A DNA stretch of 64,000 nt, taken from Azolla caroliniana. Taxonomy: Eukaryota > Plantae > Polypodiophyta. The stretch lies in contig JBHGNT010000008.1 in assembly GCA_043228905.1 (NCBI GenBank), positions 10,974,001-11,038,000 of the forward strand, read 5' to 3'. Shown piece by piece: positions 1 through 13,042 of the stretch. The notes beneath the pieces are model-generated. The model made no database searches and was not told the DNA's origin. It saw nothing but the letters and a program-made list of their open reading frames with translations. Each line of letters starts with the position of its first letter. Positions within the stretch are counted from its first letter, which is position 1. A program made the translations under genes and the position numbers.

Positions 1-111
1 GCGTAAATGTACGGCCCCACTTGTACCATAATGTAAAGATAGGTTGTATATAACCGTTATGAAAAAAAGAGAAAAAAAACGAGGAGATAGCGACACTATT
101 AAAAGGACTAA

Positions 112-3089
112 ATGCATGCACAGACTCCTAGTTCAAGAACACGCGGCACCACGATGGGTCACCGCCCAATGAACCCTAAGCCACAAAAAGTAGGAAATAG
201 AAGATCTTCTACACAAAATAGAAACCCATCTTCTAACTATCAACGCTCCCATCGCTCCTCCCCCTCACCTTCTCCTCCATCCTATCACAGAGCTCCAGCC
301 CACCGCAACCACCAGTCTCCTTCCCACGAACCTACTCTAGCGATGTCGATCTTCATCTCTACTGCCTTACGTCGATGGCTCGTGGAGAAACACCTGGATG
401 GGTACATCCGGGTCGCAGAGGCACCCCCACACCCGGATGCCATGGACATCGCTAGAAAGCTTAACATCGACACAGTCACCAACTCTTCCATCCGGAAAAA
501 GTTGGACCTGTCATCGCTAGGCGAAAGCCATTTCGAAATCCCTCCTGCAGAGGCGTTGCAGAGATATTTCGGGCCATATTCCTCCTCCACCAAGCCCTAT
601 AGAACGAAGCAGATCCCGGATCCCTTCTTCCGTGAAATTGCCAAGTTCCTGTTAGAGGTCGGTTGCGTACATGTCAACGCATATGGGATGCCCAAGCAGA
701 AGGTGGGCATCATTATCGATACCTTTGAAGGGCGTGCGGTCGATTGGGGGGTCATCACAGGGCCGACGTTAAGGGAAGGCTTGCATGCGTATTAGGCAGG
801 CAAAAAGCTCAGGCCGATCATACAACAGTACCTTACGGTGCTATTCCCACCCCGAGGCCTGTCGGCACCGCAGCCCAGCTGACCCACGCCCCTGCCCCGA
901 TCCACGAAGCACAAGTTAGCGGAGTTAGCGGCCCTAGAGTGGGAAGAGGAACCCCAACCCGCCTAGCCAGGCACGCGGACAACACCTCCCGCCTAGCCAG
1001 ACACACGAACAACGCAGGAGGAACAGTCGGCACGTTCCGCGGAAGCAGCCCTAGAGCCAGACACCAAAACACGGCAAGATAGCCCCAGACCGAAACGGTG
1101 TAGATTGGACAGGAAAGATGGGAGAGGATTGGTCAAAGACGTCCCCACGGTGGCAGAGACAACGAGCGAAGGCGATGGCTCTGCAGCTACGGAGCCCAAT
1201 ACCACCTTCGAAATCATCTGGGAGCCACGATTGATCATTACGACCCAGTCCCAACGAGGGAAAGTCGTATTGACGGCAGAAAGCGAGGTTTTGGCATATC
1301 TAGATATCCTGGATACGGCCCATGAGTTCAGCGCCCTCTTACAGTTCAGAACATCTTTTGAGCTCATGGAATTCCTGGAAACACAACAGATAAAGGCCTC
1401 CCAACGAATGGCCGAGGAGCACGTAGAGCGCTAGATGATCGAGCGTGCCCTAACACAAACGGCGGAGAGTGACGATGAGGACCAGCTAGCCAGGGTCAAC
1501 AGATAGAGGAATGTCGGGGTACGCCGAGTGGGGATGGAGCTACCCCCATTAAACACAGCCCTAGTCGAAGTCCATAGGGAACTGGAAAAGGTCAGCACGG
1601 GCGCCAAGGAGATGGCCATTAAAAATAAGAATGTCTGGAAGAAGGTGAAAATGACCCAAGCCGAGTTGCAAAAAACCAACGAACGCATTGCGGAGTTGGA
1701 AGCTAACACGACTACGGCGCAACACGCAACTCCGCCACCAAACCACGCCATCGACACTTTGAAGGTAGAAATTGAGGCTCAGACCGCCATCGCCTGAAAA
1801 GCGAAAAGGGTCGTGCAACTAGCGGAATCAGAAATTGACCGCCTTGGAGCTGAACTACGCCAATCCTCAGACAGAGAAAAGGAGATCCGGGCTAACGGCC
1901 AGAAGGCAGTAAAAACCCTTGAAGAGAAACTCGCTACGGAGGTAGCTCAGCACATCCGGACAATTACGGGATGAAGCGAAGAAATCAGAGGCGGCAATCA
2001 CGGGACTCCGGGCCTTATTGGAGAAAAAGAAGGTATGGTTCGACGAGCAGCTGGTGGTCGAACAGGAAAGAAGGCATCAGCTCGAAATCCGCCTAAACAA
2101 TGAAATGGGGAAATTAGAAGAACAACATGCGCATGAAGACCACATACGAAGAAGACCACATACGAAGAAGCGGCGGCGAGGCGGTTAGGCAGCAAGAAAT
2201 TGCAAACCTCACGAAGTCGATTGAGGACGCACGCAACCGTTGCCAGGCCATCACAGACAACGTGCGTATCCTTCTCCAAACAAATCGGGAGAGGTTCACA
2301 GTGCAATTGAAAACGGCACTAGACAAAGGATGGATGGCGTGGGCAACCCAAGCAGCGGAATTGCACGCGTATCGTGCGGATTGGGAGAACCGGCGAAAAG
2401 ACGGCCGAGGTTTCTATAAACTAAATGAGGAAAGCATTGCGGCCATACGCGAGGACCTACCACAAGACTATCATGCGCTAGCGGACCAACATTCCGAAGA
2501 ACTTGCGCAGCTCTTAGATGATTTTGGTGAAAGCCAGGAGGAGTTATTTCACCAGATCACACAAGCCGGCAACACGCGAACAAATGAGGAATCCAGCGCG
2601 ACGCCAATTCTAGGCACGACCGAAGAAGAGGAACCTCAGGCCAGATCACCAGAAATTACAACAACGGTGAAGAGCGCGGACCGACGAGCGGAGTCCCCCA
2701 CAGTACCAGACAGTGAAACCACTACCCAAGAGGAGCTCCATCCGTAGGAGCCCACGCTATCAGCGGACCACACGGAGAACATTGCGGGCCAGGCGGAATC
2801 GCAGCCCCACTCCCCGAAGCATACAAAGACGACCGACACCACGGAGGAAGTAGCGATTGAGACAGAGCCGCCGCCAACCACAAGCATGACGACAGCGGAG
2901 CCCAACCCACTAGCTCAAGAAGAGCCCACCGTACCCGGACCACCCACACATGATGACTGCGACATCGGGAGAAGCCATTCAAACCAAACAGGGGAACCAC
3001 ACCACGATACACCTATGGGCCCTACGTCGCCTCCGGACGCGAACACCGTAGCAGAGCCAAACATCCAGGCCATTTTGGAAGAAGATTAA
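112..3089 (+). pseudogene. Degenerate long accessory ORF of a retrotransposon (globular N-terminal domain, coiled-coil, then Pro/Thr/Glu-rich tail), broken by stops and frameshifts
   Basis: Consecutive plus-strand ORFs 112-795, 1105-1434, 1528-1797, 2127-2747 and 2886-3089 read through single stops (e.g. ...GLHAY*AGKKLRPIIQQYLTVLFPP). Heptad-like segments (ELQKTNERIAELEA). No RT/INT motifs. Lies directly upstream of LTR-like sequence. Confidence 0.5.
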
Positions 3090-3224
3090 CGGGATGGGTC
3101 CGACATGCCAGGGCACTGTCCCACAAGCGTGCCAGGTGTTGTCCGCCGGAATAGTAACCAACAGACAAGAGCGTAGGAATAAGAAATAATATAAGATCAT
3201 AACGCATGTAACGGTTCACGCAAG

Positions 3225-3895
3225 AAGCGTGAACGACTAAATAGACCCTGCATATATAAAGGGCAGAAAACCTCTGATAGAGGGAGCGTGTATTTTGGAA
3301 TGTAAAGAAGCGTATCGTAATAGAATTCTATCTTCTCTAAAAGTCTGTGTATAGCTACGGCTAATCTACTGTGTGTCTGGAATACCTGAGTGTGTAAGAA
3401 CGTGGGTGTAACCACTGCTAAGGAGTCAGTTGTAGCCATCTCCCTTATACGCTGATAGGTTACGGGGAACATTCCCCTACGCATTACGCATAGACGCCAC
3501 CATTCATTGTTTCACAATCACTTGGAGGTCTAGGTCGAAGCACTGACTGCAGACCGTGTTCCTAATCTGTAACATGTGTCAGTGTCTGTGTCGGTGTCTT
3601 TGGAGTTCTTTCTTTTCGGTTTTTGTACATAGGAAGTGTGTGTCTAGTCGGTGTTGCGTGTGTATCCTTTTCCCCCTCTCCATTCCAGTTTTTTCCAGAA
3701 CACATCCAAATCCATCCGGTCACGTACGGATCTGTCTAGACCGGTTGCTTCTGGCTCGCGTCAGGAATCATCCCAGTTGGTGCCATAGCTGGTGTAACCG
3801 GCCCCAGAGAAAACGGCCTTTCGGTATCCATCTCTCCCCGGTCTGTGACCTCAGTGGTCCCGCCTGATCCGACACGTGCGCAGATTTCCGTGATA
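3225..3895 (+). mobile_element. R/U5 part of a Ty3/gypsy LTR (family I-like)
   Basis: TATATAAA at ~3252. 3225-3573 aligns by eye with 62231-62580 (+) and 56855-57196 (-). Ends ...GATTTCCGTGATA, followed by a degenerate PBS. Confidence 0.65.
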
Positions 3896-3899
3896 TCTT

Positions 3900-3917
3900 T
3901 GGTCAACCCGATGTGAA
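3900..3917 (+). promoter_or_regulatory. Degenerate primer-binding site complementary to tRNA-Trp
   Basis: TGGTCAACCCGATGTGAA, versus intact TGGTGAACCCGACGTGAA at 18651 and 49077. Confidence 0.65.
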
Positions 3918-3929
3918 AGGGCGGCAAGA

Positions 3930-6356
3930 TAGGATGGAGTTGGAAGACCTACAACCGGTCAAGAAGGTGACCATTCGAAATGCAAGAGTCGGTCCGACAA
4001 TTGATGAGTTCGTAGAGACCTTCGGCGGAACGTCTGTTTACTCGGTCGGCGACTTAAAGTGTTGTGGGATTGCATGGTGAATGCAATGAATAAAGTGTTG
4101 TGGGATTGCATCCCAGATATCACCATGCCGTTCTTGAACGACATCCCGATCAAGGGATGTCCGGAGGACTCTAAGGACGAGTCCAGCCAGAATTGGATGG
4201 GTGGTTAATCAAGAAGATGACGATGACGTACAATTCCCCATCTGGTTCAGTGCGAAGGTGTTGAGTGAGAGGCAGCGAGGATACGCCCAAGTTAAACGCA
4301 AACTCTGGGGTATTGTTTCCACAGTTAAGGCCGACAAGGCCTATTTGATCGGGGCGGAAGTAATCATCGAGAAGGACTACCTTCTGATTCTCGGCATGGT
4401 TTCCGGATGCGCGACTCCGGCCCTGGCGATTCTCAGGTGGATCGCGTACGTAAAGTCCCTCAATCCGGAGATACGACACATCTTCAGATAGGACAATGCC
4501 ATGCCCAACATGCTTTCTAGAGCGCGGTTCGACAACGAGGACGGCATGGTGTTTGAAGATGACGAAGTCAACGAGGACTTCTTCAAGTCAGCCCAAGTGA
4601 GGGCGAGCAGACGGGGCACTTCGGCATTGAGCGAGTTTGACGAGACCGACTACAACGGGAAGTGGCTTCGGATCAGACCGTTCCTAAATACTTTGACGCC
4701 AGACGCAACATGGACGAAGGAAGAAACGAGCCAGATCTGGAAGATGGCTTACCGGTTCTTCCTACGGAACGATAAGATATGGAAACACCCAAAGACACGG
4801 ACCGGCACACCGCTCTGGGTGGTGGCAAAGGAGGAAGCACAATTGGTGCTCGTGTCGGAGTTCCTCGAGAACCCCTAGTCCGGACACTGGGGCACATGGG
4901 CCACGTTCGAGAAGCTAAAGGAGAAGTATTGGTGGTCGGGGATGTACTGCGACGTGCACGATTTCGTAATGATGTGCGAGAGTTGCCAAGTGCATTCCAG
5001 AGTCCGGCACCGAGACGAGTTACACTCGACTTACCCGCCAACCATTCAATTCAAATGGATGGTTGACTTGGTGATGATGTCGATAGGGGTGGGGCAGATA
5101 AGGTACATGTTGCTCACTAGAGAATACTTGACGAACCAGGTGGAAGGCCTAGCATTGACAAACAAGACGACTGCAACCGTATGTTGGTTACTAATCGAGG
5201 ATTTGATCTACCAGTACGGGTGTGTGGGTAAGATCGTGGCCAATTGAGGGGAGATGGACGCACAAGAAGCCGAGGAGTTGTTTGACCGGCTAGGGGTAAA
5301 GCTCTCTCTCACTACAACTTACAATCCAGAAGCCAATGGGAAAATTGAACATGGGCACGGGCCGATCGTGAAAGAATTGGTGCGAGCTTGCGACGGACGG
5401 GTCGGGAACTGGCCGAGACTACTTCCTTATGGGTTATGGGCCGACCAAACTACGCACAATTCGGTAACCGGGTACGTGCCGACAGAACTGATGTTCTGAC
5501 AAAAGCCGAGCATGCCGATGGAGAGGACAATTTCATCATGGTTAGCAGTCAACTGGTCGGAGGAGATGAGCTAGGAAGAGTTGTTGGGGGCGCAAATCCG
5601 ACAGCTTGAGTGAAGACTGGAGGACGTCGAACGAGCAATGACGATGATAGAAGAAGCATGGAAGAAGAACAAGGGTTGGTTCACCGGATGCACCGACTCC
5701 AACCGGAGAAGATCGAGGAGGGTGATTGGGTGTTGGTCTACGACAGCAACCTAGATAACCAACACCGGTCGACCCGGAAGTTTGTGAGGAGGTGGTTCGG
5801 GCCGTATGAGGATCGCAGTGCCTATTGCAGGGAAGCGAATAAGGCCTTCAAGAAGCGGTGCGAGCTGGAACCAGATCCGATGCTGGAAGAAGGCCGGAGC
5901 GAAAGCGAGGAGCTGGAAGGAGACCTAATTGACGATGATTCGGGAGAGGACAAGCGAAGCTGAGCCGGAATCCCCACTGTTACACTACTTGGCACATGCC
6001 AGAGGATGTGCGGTTTGGTGGGGGTGGACGTCGTGAAGGATTCCGGCCATAGGAATAAACGGAGCCGAATACACGCGAACGTGTGTGTGCATGGATGCAC
6101 ACGAATTAAGTGTTATGTACAAACATATGTAAGTAGCATAAGACTAGTGAGTACTAGGAAGTAGGAATCAATGGGTACTTTAAAGACCCGCACGGATAGA
6201 TCTGAGGATACAGGGATTTGATGTGAAGAAATCGGGGGTGGGATCTCTAACATTGATCGTGATGTAACGGTCTCCCCTTGTGTTATAAAAGGGGAGGCTT
6301 GAGCCTGTTTTAGGGGGGACGATTGGGAGGACGAAATGTTGTCGGTTTGAGTGTTG

Positions 6357-6395
<39 letters not shown>

Positions 6396-6932
6396 TCTAG
6401 TGTGTGTTCCATGCTGATCCGGGGCAAAAGGTGAAGCCTATGCTAGCATAGGAAGCCCGTGAGCTCACGACCAGAGGTTCATCATTCCGTGGGTGTTCGT
6501 GGTGGTTGTAGTTCAGTGCATCATTGCCGGCCAAGTCCAGTTGTATTCTTTCATTCTCTGTTAATTATTAGGGTTTCTTTGTGGCTCTTCTTGTGTTGGG
6601 TATTCCCGCGTAGTTCCTACTTGCTGCGATTCGCTGCGCCCCGAGATCGTGCTCTCATTCCTGTATTGTCTCTGTTGTGTACGTGTCCAAGTCTGTGGGC
6701 CTGTGAGCTCATTACTGTCGTCCGACATTCTGATCGGAACAATACACTTCATTAGGCCCGTGCGCTAACCGACCGGGATCCGGGAATCGTTCCGGATCGG
6801 TGACACGTCCGACAACCAAACGAGCGAAGGCATCCGGACATCGTTCTGGGTCGTCTTCTCTCTTACTAACTCCTTAGTTTGAGACCCTGGTGATCCTGCC
6901 CCATTTCTACACGCACGTGGATTTCCGCGACA
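3930..6932 (+). mobile_element. Element J: internally deleted Ty3/gypsy (RT/RNaseH fragments, integrase) with PPT and 3' LTR 6029-6932
   Basis: Peptides DLQPVKKVTIRN, FSAKVLSERQRGYAQVKRKLWGI, YNPEANGKIEHGHGPI and RRWFGPY. PPT TTTGGTGGGGGTGGA at ~6014. LTR ends ...TTCCGCGACA; flank CCGT. Confidence 0.8.
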
Positions 6933-7040
6933 CCGTATTCTCTGTATGATTGAAGGTTCCATTACACCTCTGTATATTTTCTATAACTATCCAATAGTGG
7001 CAATTGTGTCTGTGAAGCTTCCGCACGAACTCTTTACACA
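6933..7040 (+). mobile_element. U5 end of a copia LTR (interrupted by element J)
   Basis: Ends GCTTCCGCAC...TTTACACA, like the U5 ends of the copia E/F LTRs. Confidence 0.5.
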
Positions 7041-7468
7041 TGTAAAAGAATAGTGTGCAGAAGCTAGTACACAAGATACAGTTAGCTCTGCCAAACACCT
7101 GTAGACAGTTAGGTAAAACATAGAGAATGTAGGGGGAGAGAGAGAGAGAGAGAGTTGAGCAGACAACAAAAAAACTTATGTTACAAAATACTATGTACAT
7201 CATGATGTGCTCACTGAGCACCTTTTATACAAGTCCTCCAAAGGACTGACAGAAGTATTGACAAGTACTTCAATGCTCATGAATGAGTTACTGACACTAT
7301 CTACCTATTTACTAAAATAGAGATATAGGCCCCTAACGGCCTATCGGCTCCCTGCCAATCCAGCTTCCGGCTTCTTCAACCGATCTGGGCCTAGCCAATC
7401 GGCCTATGTCTGATGCAGTTTTTAGCTTCTTCAGCCGATTTGGCCCATGTTGAGCTTGTCACTCAACA
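7041..7468 (-). mobile_element. Copia LTR (E/F-related), no matching TSD in window
   Basis: TGTAAAAG...TCAACA. Shares GTGCTCA.TGAGCAC.TTTTATACAAG and GGACTGACAGAAGTA blocks with the LTRs at 26513, 44039 and 46870. Confidence 0.75.
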
Positions 7469-7847
7469 GATATCTATTAGGATGCATATGAATTACTAGA
7501 TGTACATGATTTAGAAATCCTCGAAACTGGGATCGATTACCATCAAACTTCTTGGGGAAACAAATCTTTGGTTCTTTGAGAGAGCTTTGTTGCATTGACG
7601 CTTGTTGATGAAGAGACCGCAATGTTGTTTCCAATTGCAATACACGTGTTGATAACTCGTCATATTGTTGTGCCTTTTCTATGCTTACTTGTTGCAAGTC
7701 TCCAAGCAATCGTTGATTCTCTTGCTCTAACGCCACAAAATTATCTATGAGATGCTCGAGCTTAAAGATGACTCAGACATGCTCTTGCTTACTAACAAAC
7801 TCCATGGCAACGATAACTTGGTAGGATTCTCAAGAAAAAAGAAGGAA

Positions 7848-7899
<52 letters not shown>

Positions 7900-8194
7900 A
7901 GAGGACATTCCGGTTCAAATTGTCGAGGCCCTAGCTTGACAAAAGAAAATTGAACAAGAGAAGAAAAGAAAGAGAGAAAAATGACTGTATTTTATTATAA
8001 TACAAAAATATACAAGAGTGAGAACTATAGTATTTGCCAAAGACTAGTGTTGAACTGAAATGGTTCTAACAATACGATATGTCTTATTTATATACTAGTA
8101 GCACGTGCCCCTTTGATGTTTATAGGATCATGATACCCTTTGGGATGTTGTAGGGTCATGGCATCCTTTGGATATTTACAAGGTTACAATAACA
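7469..8194 (-). mobile_element. Element L: remnant of a Tcn1-like chromovirus (gag N-terminus 7469-7805, 5' LTR 7921-8194)
   Basis: ALEQENQRLLGDLQQV...EPKICFPKKFDGNRSQFRGFLN is homologous to gag at 38290-39417. LTR TGTC...AACA with TATA. Confidence 0.75.
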
Positions 8195-10748
8195 AAGCTA
8201 TAAGAAAGTAAATTATAATATTTTTATGTATAACAAGAATAACCCAATGGCTAAAGTTAAGTGCTCTTCCTTAGAAGGCCACCCTAAAGCTCATGGGGTT
8301 TTTTCTACTCATGACACCAATGAGTCCTCTTACCCTTTTATAGATCTCAAGAGGCTCTCTCATGAATAAAATTAGTAGGTGCTTTTTTATTTTAGCGTGC
8401 ACCCTACTTTCTTTTCCACTTGCATGCTCTACTTTTTCCCTATTTGGGCCTAATGTGTTTTCTTGTTGTAATCAACTCTAACTCAAAATATGTCTTTTTA
8501 ATCACACCCTCGATATATCGTTTTACCTTTTCAATATTCCTCCTATGCATTTACCACATCCCAACACCGTTTTAGGATGTCGAGATGCTTGTATGTCATC
8601 GTGCAACGCAAAACCATCAATTTGCAGTGCATAATCAGTCGTTGCATAAAGACTCTTGACAAAACCGGTTGTTGACATTGTCCTTAAGTGCATCACATGG
8701 CAACAGACCAATAGCAACACAATTTGCAATGCTTAGCAAAATGCATCAGTAACGAGCACTTCGAAAATGTTCCTTGCACAAGATACCCTACTCTCATACA
8801 CTCACAAGCTGATTATGAATGTCGTGCCCACAATAAGTTCCTAAGTGTGAGCATCATTCTCTAATCCAGTGTTCAAACATCTAATCACATTTGAGTTTGC
8901 ATTCCATACATTTCCCACCATGAACTATCCCTACATTTCTCTCAATCACAATTTTGCATCCTTGATTGCAATGTCAATAGTAAAAATTTTAAACATCATG
9001 AGTCACTTACCAACACACTATGTGGAAATGTCCATCAAGAAAATTTTTGACTCTTTTGAGACCTCTTAGTTTTGGAGAGTGTAGGGTGAAGCCAATCAGC
9101 AATACACCTCCATTTGAATGAGGGGCCCCATGCTCCGCCAACTTCATAGCACGAACACTAAACAATGACAAGGGTCCTCAATTCGTCCACAAAGGATCCA
9201 TATTGCATTATAATACTCCTACAATTAAGGATACAGCGCAAGGGATTTTTACACTCTCCTACCATGAACACTATTACACAATTATGGTCATTACTTCCCA
9301 AACCGACAACCATTATGTCTGTGTACTGACTCTTTTAAACAATGATGGTCATTGCTCCCCATACTTACCCATATCTCACTGTAGGGACCCTCTTACCATT
9401 CAAGCTAAGACCATTATGTGAGGAAAATCATGTTGCTTTATGTTCATACGAGGAACAAAATAATGTGATAAAGAGTCCTTGCTTCCTCATGAAGAAAGCT
9501 TATCACATTATGGTGACCCTCCTTCAACTAAGGGGGTCAACGTATGAGGGATTCTTATGTCTTCCTCCATATTTTGTAGGATGTGCCTTACAACATGATT
9601 CAAGTGTCCCTCTTACAATTCTTGAAGGATTACTAGAGTTAAACACAATATCAATGAATTAGGGTAAAGTTGAAAACCATCAATGGATACACCATGTTGG
9701 AATTCATCAAATGGATGTGGAAGCCCTTGATTAGTTTCTATCATAAATATACTAATGATTTCAAACTCAATTTGATGTTACTTCAAATTCACTTTGAACT
9801 ATAGGAGATTGCCTTCACCTGTTCAATTATATCCATTAGTTGATGACCTATGTAAAAATCTTGCCTACTTGCAATTTGAACCTTCACTAGACACATAATA
9901 AAAAGCTTACCTAATTACAATTTGAACATTCACTAGACGCATAACACACAACACGCCTTTTATGTGGAATCAATCCTACTTTACGAACTATTTGCATCGA
10001 TCCAATCCAATCTGCAAGTAGACTGACTTCAAGTAACAAGATGATTCAAACTAACACGACGATGAGAGAAAACATACATCTTGCTGGTTATATATTATCC
10101 AACTTGAGACTACCAATTATTTACAATAAACTGATTGTAGATCGAAGATAAAAATAACCTCAATTTTGAGTTAGCCGAAATGTTGTTCAAGCTCCAAATG
10201 CTTCATTTCATTCATGATTATAGATGAAGGTGATTGGTGGTGTTCACACTCTGCCTATTAATGTAGATTCAATTTTTATGTTCTTCGCAAAAGCCTTTTC
10301 TCCCCTTCTCATTTCATGGCATGCATTAGATAGGCTTGCAATGTTGTTGTGGATTAGGTTCCAATGCTATCATGGTGCCTATTAAGACTCCAACTTCTAA
10401 TGCATTACTTAAGAATTTGCTTAGAATTTGGGAGTGAATAGACCACTTTGTTATGAAAAAAGGTTCCTTCAACATTGAATCATCGTTAAGTTGCATAATT
10501 CAGTTCTGATAGGGTGAAGATATGATGAAGAAGGATTACACAAATAATTTTGATCCCTGCATAGGGTAGGAGTATTTTTTATGCTAAACTTCTTTGACCA
10601 AGCATTATGAATATCATGAGATATAGGACCCTCTATATTTAAGTTATCGATATTAAACTGAAATTCAACACTTTTGGGTTTTATGTAAGGCAAAAAGGCC
10701 TATTGATCGTATTCAATGATTAAAGTTGCATTATGGAATCACAGTCAA

Positions 10749-10862
10749 CCAAATATAAAGACATGTAAGGTATGCAAGGAAGGGCTAGTAGAGGATGAAT
10801 ATCACTTGCTTTTTACATGCTCCACATATAGTGCAATTCGTGAAAGCTATATTAAATGTTAA
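10749..10862 (+). pseudogene. Non-LTR retrotransposon (LINE) ORF2 C-terminal zinc-knuckle remnant
   Basis: Translates PNIKTCKVCKEGLVEDEYHLLFTCSTYSAIRESY, the CxxC...EDExHxLxxC..Y..IR motif typical of LINE ORF2 C-termini. Confidence 0.6.
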
Positions 10863-11015
10863 AAGAGAAGACAAGCTTACCACCAATACCAAATGCTGTT
10901 CCACAAAAATCAAAATTGTATGGAGAGGGTTTGATTAATAAAACATTTCCAGCAATATAAATATTTCCTATTACAAAAAAACATGCAACACACAATAACA
11001 AATCAAAAAGTATGA

Positions 11016-12494
11016 TCAAGTTATAGCAAGTACCTTTGACTCTATGCTTTTTCCACACTCAGGGAGGATTGGATAGTTATTTGAGAAGCATGCATCACAA
11101 AAGGTTGGGGCTTCCTCACCTAAGACCCCTTTGAGCCTTTCAAGAGGCAAGAAAGCAAGGGAATCAGCACCAATGAACTTTTGTGTTTCCTCAATGTTTA
11201 GCCTATTAGAGATAAGTTCATTTGGACTCGGAGTGTCGACACCATAGTAGCATGAACCGATAATGGGTGGACTGGCAATCCTCATATGCACCTCTTTTGC
11301 TCCGGCTTCCTTTATCAACCTCACAATCTTGGTGGATGTAGTCCCACGCACAATAGAATCATCCACCACTACTACCCTTTTACCTTTCAAAACACCTTTT
11401 ACAGGTGCAAGCTTAAGCTTCACGCTAAAATCTCTAATTTTTTGTGATGGCTCAATGAAAGTCCTACCAACATAATGGGAGCGAATCAATCCTTGTTGAA
11501 AGGGTACGCCTGCCTTGGCCGAATAACCTAGAGCCGCCACCACACCAGAGTCGGGGACAGGAATCACAACATCGCAGTCGACAGGTGATTCCTCAGCCAA
11601 AATTTGTCCAAATTCATATCGAGATTTGTATACCGAGCGTCCAAAAACAATGGAATTTGGAAGTGCGAAGTAGATGTGCTCAAAAATGCATGCTTTTCGT
11701 TCTCTGTGGGGTAACAAACATAAGGAGCTAATGCCATCTTTATCGACAACAATGACTTCACCAGGATTCACCTCTCTTTCATAAGTAGCTTCGATCAGAT
11801 CCAATGCACAAGTCTCTGAAGCAAACACAATGGCCCCGTTTTTCCTCCGCCCCATGACCAATGGTCGGAATCCATAAGAATCTCGTACAGCCACGAGTTT
11901 ATCCTCTGTTAGGAACACCAAAGAATAAGCGCCTTCCAATTGCTCACATGCATTCACAAGCCTCTGAATAAAAGGCCGAGATTTCGATATAGCAATAAGA
12001 TGAAGGACTACTTCAGTATCAGAGCACGTATTGAAGATAGATCCATTCTCTTCTAACGAAGCTCGGAGAGAATCATAGTTAACAAGGTTCCCATTGTGCG
12101 CAACCGCCAGAGAACCGAACCTATATCCAGCAACAAAAGGTTGTACATTCTTCAGTGCAGAGGCACCCGCAGTGGAATATCTGACATGACCAATGGCAGA
12201 AGTTCCTGGGAGCTCATTAAGCTTTGATTGGTCAAAAACCTCTGACACTAGGCCCATCCCAGTAATGGCTTGAAGAGAGCCATTGTTACAAGTTACTATA
12301 CCGGCCCCTTCTTGACCCCTATGTTGTAAAGCATGGAGAGCTAAATAACAAAGTCTGCTTGCCTCTTGATCACCGAATATGCCAACCACACCACATTCTT
12401 CTTGCCATGATGGTTTTCCATCTTCTTCTTCTTCTTCTTCTTCTTCTTCTTCTTCTTCTAATCTTCTTTGCCTGATTCCGCATTGCTTCTCCAT
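11016..12494 (-). CDS. purF: Amidophosphoribosyltransferase (glutamine PRPP amidotransferase, ATase), plastid / B. subtilis type with Fe-S ligands; main exon
   Basis: EECGVVG (N-terminal nucleophile Cys), QHRGQE, GHVRYST, AHNGNL, SDTEV, PRPP loop VVVDDSIVRGTTS, Fe-S cysteines CIFEH, CYYGVD and CDACF. Frame stays open upstream to about 12630. Confidence 0.97.
   Translation of the reverse strand: MEKQCGIRQRRLEEEEEEEEEEEEDGKPSWQEECGVVGIFGDQEASRLCYLALHALQHRGQEGAGIVTCNNGSLQAITGMGLVSEVFDQSKLNELPGTSAIGHVRYSTAGASALKNVQPFVAGYRFGSLAVAHNGNLVNYDSLRASLEENGSIFNTCSDTEVVLHLIAISKSRPFIQRLVNACEQLEGAYSLVFLTEDKLVAVRDSYGFRPLVMGRRKNGAIVFASETCALDLIEATYEREVNPGEVIVVDKDGISSLCLLPHRERKACIFEHIYFALPNSIVFGRSVYKSRYEFGQILAEESPVDCDVVIPVPDSGVVAALGYSAKAGVPFQQGLIRSHYVGRTFIEPSQKIRDFSVKLKLAPVKGVLKGKRVVVVDDSIVRGTTSTKIVRLIKEAGAKEVHMRIASPPIIGSCYYGVDTPSPNELISNRLNIEETQKFIGADSLAFLPLERLKGVLGEEAPTFCDACFSNNYPILPECGKSIESKVLAIT
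12421..12458 (-). repeat. (GAA)n microsatellite encoding 12 Glu just upstream of the ATase propeptide
   Basis: TCTTCTTC... run, translated as EEEEEEEEEEEE. Confidence 0.95.
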
Positions 12495-13042
12495 GGGGTT
12501 ATGACCACGTTGTGAACCATCATTGAGCTCACATAGTACTCGTTTGGATGATGATTTGTTGACGTTTGGAAACCTGTAAACACACTGATTGCAAGAACAA
12601 GAATATCTCAGAATGGAAACCCTGGAAATTTAAGCCTTTAAAATCCAAGACCTAGAAATTAAAATGTTTAGAAGCATAGATGCTGTGGCTTTGAAGACAA
12701 AACTCTGGAAAGTGGTGTCCCATGAAGCCCAAGACTTAGAAGTTTGAGTCTTTAAATCCATAGACTTTAATACCCTAAAAAGTTGAGTCTTTCAAAGCGC
12801 TAAAAAATAAATTCTTTGGAATCCTAGAGGTGTGAGTCCTTAAAATCCGAGAAAGTTGAAGTTGAATTCTCAAAAACTCTAGATCTTGAAATTTAGGCGA
12901 TTTCAAAACCCTAGAATGTCTTTAAAAAAATTGAAGCATTAGATCTTTGATAATCCTTTCAATCTTCAAACCCTTATAAAGACATTCAAACCCCTAGAAA
13001 ATACCAAGACTTTAAAAATGACCAATTCGAGCTGTAAAACCC

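Noticed and set aside
8200-10700. Short ORFs between element L and purF
   Set aside because: No recognisable motifs; at most very decayed TE or LINE sequence that I cannot support.
11016-12494. Bacterial contamination or recent HGT of an intronless purF
   Set aside because: Plant ATases have a largely intronless B. subtilis-like core; there is an acidic linker and probable transit peptide, no operon, and plant TE surroundings.
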